Part shown: positions 58,504 to 64,000 of the stretch, one piece after another
Numbering within the stretch: the stretch's first letter is position 1
Layout: every line of letters starts with the position of its first letter
From: Acidobacteriota bacterium
GTDB taxonomy: Bacteria > Acidobacteriota > UBA890 > WLXD01
Assembly: GCA_963666055.2 (NCBI GenBank)
Contig: CAXWPH010000015.1
Location: 544,001-608,000 of the forward strand
Direction: 5' to 3'
Length of the DNA: 64,000 nt
Position numbers and translations under genes: made by a program
The notes under the pieces: generated by a model
What the model was told of the DNA's origin: nothing
Database searches by the model: none
The model's input: the letters and a program-made list of their open reading frames with translations, nothing else

Positions 58504-59285
58504 TGACGGCTCTCCGCATAGGCAACGGTTTCCCGCAGGGCGTCCAGCAGACCTCCCAAGCTCCGGGTCGTCGCCTCGGAGCCCACCGTCAGTCCAGCCT
58601 CGACTATCGCCTCGGTGGTCGATGGGCCAATCGAGATCAGCAGGACACCCGACGGCACCGACGCCCGGTTGAGAAGGCCCCGAACGGCCGATGGGCTGGC
58701 CAGGAAAATGGCGTCCAGATTCCACTTGGCGAGGTCCTCGCGCGGCTCCGAAGGGGGCGCCGGGAGAGTGCGGTAGACGGAGAATCGTGCGGTCCGCACA
58801 CCGACGGTCTGCAGACGTTGTTCGAGCTCCGGCCTCGCCCCTTCCGGACCAGCGACCACAACGGTGGCCGGCGACCCCGCCTGGACAGCAGCAAGCAGGG
58901 GAATCAAAGCATCTGCCAGCGACGTTGCCGTGCCGCCAGGCGCCACCAGGTCGACCTTCCCCCAGCGTTCGCTCGCAGCTTTCTCGGTCGCCGGCCCGAC
59001 GACAGCGACGCGCGTGCTGCGCGGAAGGTCGGATCGAGGTTCCAGGAGCTGTGCGACATTGGCAACACCGCGAGGCGAGGTCAAGACGAGCCACTCCGCA
59101 TGCTCGATCGCCAACTCCAGCTGCTCGCGCAGGGCCGGAGAGCGGATCGGCTCGCAGGCGATACAGGGAAACGCCACGGCTTCGGCGCCAGCGGCCTCGA
59201 CCCGCACAGCCCACCGCTGAACATCCTCCCGGGCACGAGTCAACAGAATCCGGCAGCCACCCGGAACCTCCGTAGAGCACGCCAT
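58500..59285 (-). CDS. hemD: Uroporphyrinogen-III synthase
   Basis: ILLTR, LTSPRGV, VGPATE, VYRT, ASPSAV, IGPST; lies between hemC and hemB. Confidence 0.88.
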   Translation of the reverse strand: MACSTEVPGGCRILLTRAREDVQRWAVRVEAAGAEAVAFPCIACEPIRSPALREQLELAIEHAEWLVLTSPRGVANVAQLLEPRSDLPRSTRVAVVGPATEKAASERWGKVDLVAPGGTATSLADALIPLLAAVQAGSPATVVVAGPEGARPELEQRLQTVGVRTARFSVYRTLPAPPSEPREDLAKWNLDAIFLASPSAVRGLLNRASVPSGVLLISIGPSTTEAIVEAGLTVGSEATTRSLGGLLDALRETVAYAESRQ

Positions 59286-60247
59286 CAGGTCTGATCCGTG
59301 GCCAGCGCCGCCGTCGTCGGCGCTTCGTGCAACAGCTGCTCCGCGACGGAAACGGCAATCTGGCCGACGTCGCTGCCCATCGATTCGGCACGGCGCAGGC
59401 ACCGACCAACTCCAAGAACGGCGGTCAGCTTGAACACGCCGTCGTCAGTTGAACGACACCAGGCGCCGACCGGAACCTGACAGCCGCCTTCGACGAGGTC
59501 GAGAAGACGCCGCTCGACATCAACCTCGCGACGAGAGCTCGGCGCGTCGATCGCCGCGATCGCGGCGCGTGCCGACGCATCGGCAGCGCGGACCTGTACC
59601 GCTAGAGCACCCTGAGATGGCGCCGGCACGAAGATCTCAGGGTCGAGACGACGGCAGATGATGCCATCAAGGTCGTCGGCCGAGTCTGGGTCATCGCCCG
59701 ACTCGCCGGTCTCTTGCAGGCGCTCCAATCCGGCCATCGCCAGCACGATTGCATCGTAGTTCCCGGTGCGAAGCTTGTTGATTCGCGTCGGAACATTGCC
59801 GCGCAGCGGCACGGTGACCACGTCGGGGCGCAACTCGCGCAGCAGGGCCTCTCGGCGCGCCGACCCGGTTCCCACGCGGGCCGCCTGTCGCACCGGGATC
59901 GGTCCCTGATCTGACGCCATGGCCTCGGGCCGAAGCAGCAGGCAGTCGGCCGGGTCTAGTCGCTCGGGCATCGCCGCGATCACGAGCCCCTCCGGGCTCA
60001 TCGCCGGGAGGTCCTTGTACGAGTGGACCGCCGCATCGATCTCTTCTCTCAGTAGCGCCGCCTCTATCTCGCGCACGAATATCCCGGTGGCACCGATCTC
60101 GTGGAAGGGCAAGTGCTGTTCCTGGTCGCCGGCAGTCTCGATGCAGCGAATTTCCACGGTATGTCCGTGCCGTTGCAATAAACTCGCAACTCGGGCCGTC
60201 TGCGTCTTGGCCAACCGAGAGCCGCGCGTGCCGATTCGAAGTCTCAT
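59285..60247 (-). CDS. hemC: Hydroxymethylbilane synthase
   Basis: IGTRGSRLA, AVHSYKDLP, GTGSARR, LRGNVPTR, EGGCQVPVG. Confidence 0.97.
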   Translation of the reverse strand: MRLRIGTRGSRLAKTQTARVASLLQRHGHTVEIRCIETAGDQEQHLPFHEIGATGIFVREIEAALLREEIDAAVHSYKDLPAMSPEGLVIAAMPERLDPADCLLLRPEAMASDQGPIPVRQAARVGTGSARREALLRELRPDVVTVPLRGNVPTRINKLRTGNYDAIVLAMAGLERLQETGESGDDPDSADDLDGIICRRLDPEIFVPAPSQGALAVQVRAADASARAAIAAIDAPSSRREVDVERRLLDLVEGGCQVPVGAWCRSTDDGVFKLTAVLGVGRCLRRAESMGSDVGQIAVSVAEQLLHEAPTTAALATDQT

Positions 60248-61584
60248 ACGACCTCCTCATCACCGAGGTCGTCGCGCCCGTCGATGGTCCCCGGCGCCAG
60301 ATCAGCCAGCTGCGAGATCGCCGGGTCATCGGACGCGGTAAGAAAAGTTCGGATCGCTTGCAGATCCGACTGCGCTGCAAGCGCTTGAAGACCCACCATC
60401 GGGACATGCGCCAGATGCCGAGCGAGCGTCTCCGCCCAGCGGCGAATCCCCTCTTGTTGCTCCTCGCGCACCCCCGCAAGATCGTTGCGCAACAGCCGAT
60501 TGACGCTGGCCAGGGCGGTCTCCCGGTACCGTTCGTTGAGGCCTGCGATCACCGGCGAGACGGCGCGCCGCGCCAGCCGCCGCCGCAACGCCACCAGCGC
60601 ATTATCGACGAGCTGACGGGCTTCGATGGAGTCGGCGCGACGGCGGTCACTGTTGGTGCGGGCTTCCGCGATGATCTCGTCCATACCGACGTACTCGAGC
60701 CCCGCTGTAGCGGCCGCATCCGCGTCGATGTCGGGGGGTACTGCCAGATCCACCAGCAGCGGACCGGGGCTCGCGGGCGCGGCCGCCGCCAGACGGCCCA
60801 ACGCCTCGCGGCCGAAAAGCGGCTCGGGCGAACCGGTTGCCGAGACCACCACCGCAACGCTGTCCGGGCTTTCCAGGAAACGCTCCAGGCTACGAGTGAC
60901 AGCACCCAGCGCCGCCCCCAACTCGTCGGCTCTCTCGCTGCTGCGGTTGACCACGATGATTTCGTGTCCATCGCTCGCCAGCCGCTCGCCACAGCGCTGC
61001 GTCATCGGCGAGACGCCGATCAGAGCAACCGCCCCACGAGCGCCACCCACGTGGCGGTGTATGCGGTCGAGGGCGATCTCGGCAAGCGACAGCCGGCCGG
61101 AGCCAAAGTGACTTCGGGCCCGTACCGAGCGTCCGACGCGCAGAGTCTCACCGAATAGCCATTCGAGGCGAGCGCCCAGGCTCCCCGCCTCTCGCGCCTG
61201 CTCGACGGCTTGCCGTATCTGGCCCGGAATCTCGTATTCACCGACGAGCGCCGAATCGAGGCCTGCGGCCACCAGAAACAGGTGCTCGACGGCACCCTCG
61301 CCGGCCCATATTCGCAATCTCCGCGTTGCCTCTCCGGCCGACGTGCTGCCGGTGAGCGCCTTGTGCACGCGTCCACGGTACTCGACGGGCGTCGTGCTGC
61401 CGTCACCGACCAGGATCACTTCGACGCGGTTGCAGGTCGCCAGATAGACGACCTCTCGAGCCTCGAGTTGACGAGGCAACTCGGCCAGACGGCCGGCGCG
61501 CTCTATCTCGGGGATGGTGTAAGACTCGAGGCCCTGTGCATCTCCGTGACGCCACGAAGCCCCGACTACGCAGATCTCATTCAC
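60244..61584 (-). CDS. hemA: Glutamyl-tRNA reductase (divergent)
   Basis: TCNRVE, HLFLVAAGLDS, VNRS, DLAVPPDI; operon position. Confidence 0.88.
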   Translation of the reverse strand: MNEICVVGASWRHGDAQGLESYTIPEIERAGRLAELPRQLEAREVVYLATCNRVEVILVGDGSTTPVEYRGRVHKALTGSTSAGEATRRLRIWAGEGAVEHLFLVAAGLDSALVGEYEIPGQIRQAVEQAREAGSLGARLEWLFGETLRVGRSVRARSHFGSGRLSLAEIALDRIHRHVGGARGAVALIGVSPMTQRCGERLASDGHEIIVVNRSSERADELGAALGAVTRSLERFLESPDSVAVVVSATGSPEPLFGREALGRLAAAAPASPGPLLVDLAVPPDIDADAAATAGLEYVGMDEIIAEARTNSDRRRADSIEARQLVDNALVALRRRLARRAVSPVIAGLNERYRETALASVNRLLRNDLAGVREEQQEGIRRWAETLARHLAHVPMVGLQALAAQSDLQAIRTFLTASDDPAISQLADLAPGTIDGRDDLGDEEVV

Positions 61585-61631
61585 GACCGCATGTTCTAGC
61601 AGGCGGAGCGCGTCAATGTGTCATGGAACTG

Positions 61632-62774
61632 TCATGAGCCATAACCAGCGTCAGCGCGCACATCGCGGGCGATCATCCGGTCGGCTCGCTCCTTCGACGC
61701 CCGCGCATCCGCCTCCACCCGCTCTCGACCGAACGCTTCAGGCGCGATCCAGCCACTCAGGTGGCGCACTACCAAATCGGCCAGCGCGCGGATGTGCTCG
61801 GGCCGGTCGTTGAGGCATGGGATGAAGCGAAACCGCTCTCCGCCGTTTGCCTCGAACAACTCGCGGTTCTCCCCATCGATCTCCTCGAGCGTCTCGAGGC
61901 AGTCGGCCGAGAAGCCCGGGCAAACGACGTCGAGACTCTTGACACCGGAACGTGCCATGGCTCGCACCGTGACGTCGGTGGTTGGCTTGATCCACTCCTC
62001 GCGACCGAAGCGCGACTGAAAGGCGACCACATAGCGCTGTTCGCCGATGCCGAGCGCCTCGGCCACCAGCCGGCCTGTCTTGTGGCACTGGCAGTGGTAC
62101 GGATCGCCGTTGGACACGTAGCGGAGCGGTATGCCGTGAAACGAGAACAGGAGCCGCTCCGACTTGCCGTCGCGGTTCCACACCTCACGAATGGAGCTGA
62201 CGATCGCAGCGATATAGCCGGGATCGTCATGGTAGGCATTGATCGTCCGGATCTCCGGGACCCAGCGCCAGGCGCGCAGCTCGGCGAAGAGGGCGTCGAA
62301 AGTGGCACCCGTGGTAGTGCCCGAATACTGCGGGTACAGAGGCAGCACAGCGATATGGCGGCAGCCCTTGCGGCGTAGCTCGGCGACAGCGTCGGCGATC
62401 GAGGGCGTGCCGTAGCCCATGCCCAGAGCCACATGCAGGCCGCCACCAACCCCGGCGTTGAGTGTGTCCTGCAGCGCCGCCGCCTGACGGCGCGCAATCA
62501 CCAGCAACGGTGAGCCGTCGTCGGTCCAGATCTTGGAGTAGAGCGCCGCGGAGCGTCGGGGCCGCAGCGTTAGCACGAACATGTACAGGATCGGCAGCCA
62601 GCGCCAACGAGGCAGCTCGATGACCCGCGGGTCGCTGAGAAACTGGCGTAGATACGGCCTCAGCGCCTTGGCGGTGGGTGCTTCTGGCGTACCCACGTTG
62701 GCGAGCAAGACCCCTACTGTGGAGACCTCTCCGTGCTCGAACCCCGGCCGTGTGTACTGGTCGTAGTCGGTCAT
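61632..62774 (-). CDS. hemH: Ferrochelatase
   Basis: NVGTP, FLSDPRV, PLYPQYS, FSFHGIP, FQSRFG, GFSADCLETLEEI. Confidence 0.96.
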   Translation of the reverse strand: MTDYDQYTRPGFEHGEVSTVGVLLANVGTPEAPTAKALRPYLRQFLSDPRVIELPRWRWLPILYMFVLTLRPRRSAALYSKIWTDDGSPLLVIARRQAAALQDTLNAGVGGGLHVALGMGYGTPSIADAVAELRRKGCRHIAVLPLYPQYSGTTTGATFDALFAELRAWRWVPEIRTINAYHDDPGYIAAIVSSIREVWNRDGKSERLLFSFHGIPLRYVSNGDPYHCQCHKTGRLVAEALGIGEQRYVVAFQSRFGREEWIKPTTDVTVRAMARSGVKSLDVVCPGFSADCLETLEEIDGENRELFEANGGERFRFIPCLNDRPEHIRALADLVVRHLSGWIAPEAFGRERVEADARASKERADRMIARDVRADAGYGS

Positions 62775-62790
62775 GGGCGAATTTCGCGTC

Positions 62791-63765
62791 TCAGCTAGCT
62801 GGCCGGGGTGGAAGTGTGATGGGTCGGGTTACGCCGCATTCGCCGTCGGCTTCCGACAGCCAGTCTCGCGGGCGCAGGAAATGCTCGTAGAGTCGTGCTT
62901 CCGGCGTACCGGCCTCCGGCTGCCAGTCATAGCGCCAGCTGGCCTGCGGCGGCAGCGACGCGAGAATGGACTCCACCCGACCTCCCGCTTGCAGCCCGAA
63001 GCGTGTGCCACGGTCGTACACTAGATTGAACTCGACGTAGCGCCCACGGCGATAGAGCTGAAAGGCGCGTTCGCGCTCACCGTACGCGGTGTCCTTCCGC
63101 CTCGTCAGGATGGGGCGATACGCGGGGAGGAAATGATCGCCGACGCTACGCAGAAAGGCGAAACAGCGCTCGAACCCTCCTTCGTCCAAATCATCGAAGA
63201 ACAAGCCGCCGATTCCACGCGGTTCCTGCCGGTGCGGCAAGAAGAAGTACTCGTCGCATGCGGCCTTGTACTCCGCATGGACGTGCTCGCCGAAGCTCCG
63301 ACACGCCTCGTACGCGGTGCGATGCCAGTGCACCGCGTCTTCCTCGAAGCCGTAGTACGGCGTCAGATCGAAGCCGCCGCCGAACCACCAGGTGGTGTCG
63401 CCGCCATTGCCATCGGTGACGAAGCAACGCAGGTTGCAGTGCGAAGTCGGTGCGTAAGGGTTCAGCGGGTGGACGATAAGCGACAACGACACCGCCTGAA
63501 AGCTCTGGCCGGCGAGCTCGGGTCGGCGCACGGTCGCAGCTTCCGGCATTCGCGCCCCCACCGTGTGCGAGAAGTTCACCGCTGCTCGCTCGAGCACGGC
63601 CCCGTCACTGAGCACCCGCGGTCGCGCCGAGCCGCCACCCTCACGATCGAGGGTCAGAGATTGAAACCGCGCTACCCCATCTTCTTGCTCCAGGGCAGCG
63701 CAGATCTGATCCTGGAGATCGAGAAGGTATCCGCGCACGGCGTCAGCGCCCAGATCAGACATCAT
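62791..63765 (-). CDS. hemF: Oxygen-dependent coproporphyrinogen III oxidase
   Basis: [44 protein letters not shown]. Confidence 0.97.
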   Translation of the reverse strand: MMSDLGADAVRGYLLDLQDQICAALEQEDGVARFQSLTLDREGGGSARPRVLSDGAVLERAAVNFSHTVGARMPEAATVRRPELAGQSFQAVSLSLIVHPLNPYAPTSHCNLRCFVTDGNGGDTTWWFGGGFDLTPYYGFEEDAVHWHRTAYEACRSFGEHVHAEYKAACDEYFFLPHRQEPRGIGGLFFDDLDEGGFERCFAFLRSVGDHFLPAYRPILTRRKDTAYGERERAFQLYRRGRYVEFNLVYDRGTRFGLQAGGRVESILASLPPQASWRYDWQPEAGTPEARLYEHFLRPRDWLSEADGECGVTRPITLPPRPAS

Positions 63766-63816
63766 CGGAGCACAGTGTAGCTGCCGGTGGCAGGGAGCAA
63801 CTTCGGCCGGCTCGCC

Positions 63817-63999
63817 TCAATGGATCAGGAAGATCTCCTCGTTCAGTGGCTGAATAAACTCGACGCCTCTACTGGTGACCAGCTGCGGGTTCGAGATGTT
63901 GAAGGCGAGTGGGTAGCCGGGACGCTCGTCGATGTTCATGTGGACCATGTACTCGAACGCGAAGAGGTGATTTTCCTGGATCTTCAGATGGTGGGTGTT
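63817..63999 (-). CDS. C-terminal fragment of a probable M24 peptidase (truncated by window edge)
   Basis: Hand translation NHLFAFEYMVH..FNISNPQLVTSRGVEFIQPLNEEIFLIH*; resembles the M24 C-termini in this window. Confidence 0.5.
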   Translation of the reverse strand, partial: NTHHLKIQENHLFAFEYMVHMNIDERPGYPLAFNISNPQLVTSRGVEFIQPLNEEIFLIH

Positions 64000-64000
64000 C

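Noticed and set aside
58504-59415. 635-aa HemB ORF as a possible fusion protein
   Set aside because: The upstream part overlaps hemD in another frame; hemB starts at ATG 58503

Overview
A high-GC bacterial window, most consistent with Acidobacteriota because of two ADOP-type MacB-like permeases, one with a PadR partner, and many secreted hydrolases. It holds about 50 CDSs: a porin/CuA-cupredoxin/di-heme (DUF1111) operon; groES-groEL with a CIRCE box; many exported peptidases and hydrolases (M24 x4, M20, S9, CocE x2, amidase, PhoD, AlkP, DUF885-like x2); a DEGS-like lipid desaturase; and a heme operon (hemF-H-A-C-D-B-L-[response regulator]-E). Main features the ORF track misses: (1) a UGA-containing peroxiredoxin-like gene (FYRGEW-U-GFC) with a SECIS-like hairpin, divergent from a Cys-containing MarR regulator; (2) a highly structured 278-bp MITE-like element with 34-bp terminal inverted repeats, in three copies at CTAG sites that coincide with stop codons, two of them bracketing one peptidase gene; (3) gene relics and frameshifts (GH2, CBM9/DUF5916, multicopper oxidase, S9, class V aminotransferase); (4) several palindromic operators and a duplicated promoter. 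No rRNA, tRNA or CRISPR array was recognised. All family calls come from motif recognition by eye, not database searches.
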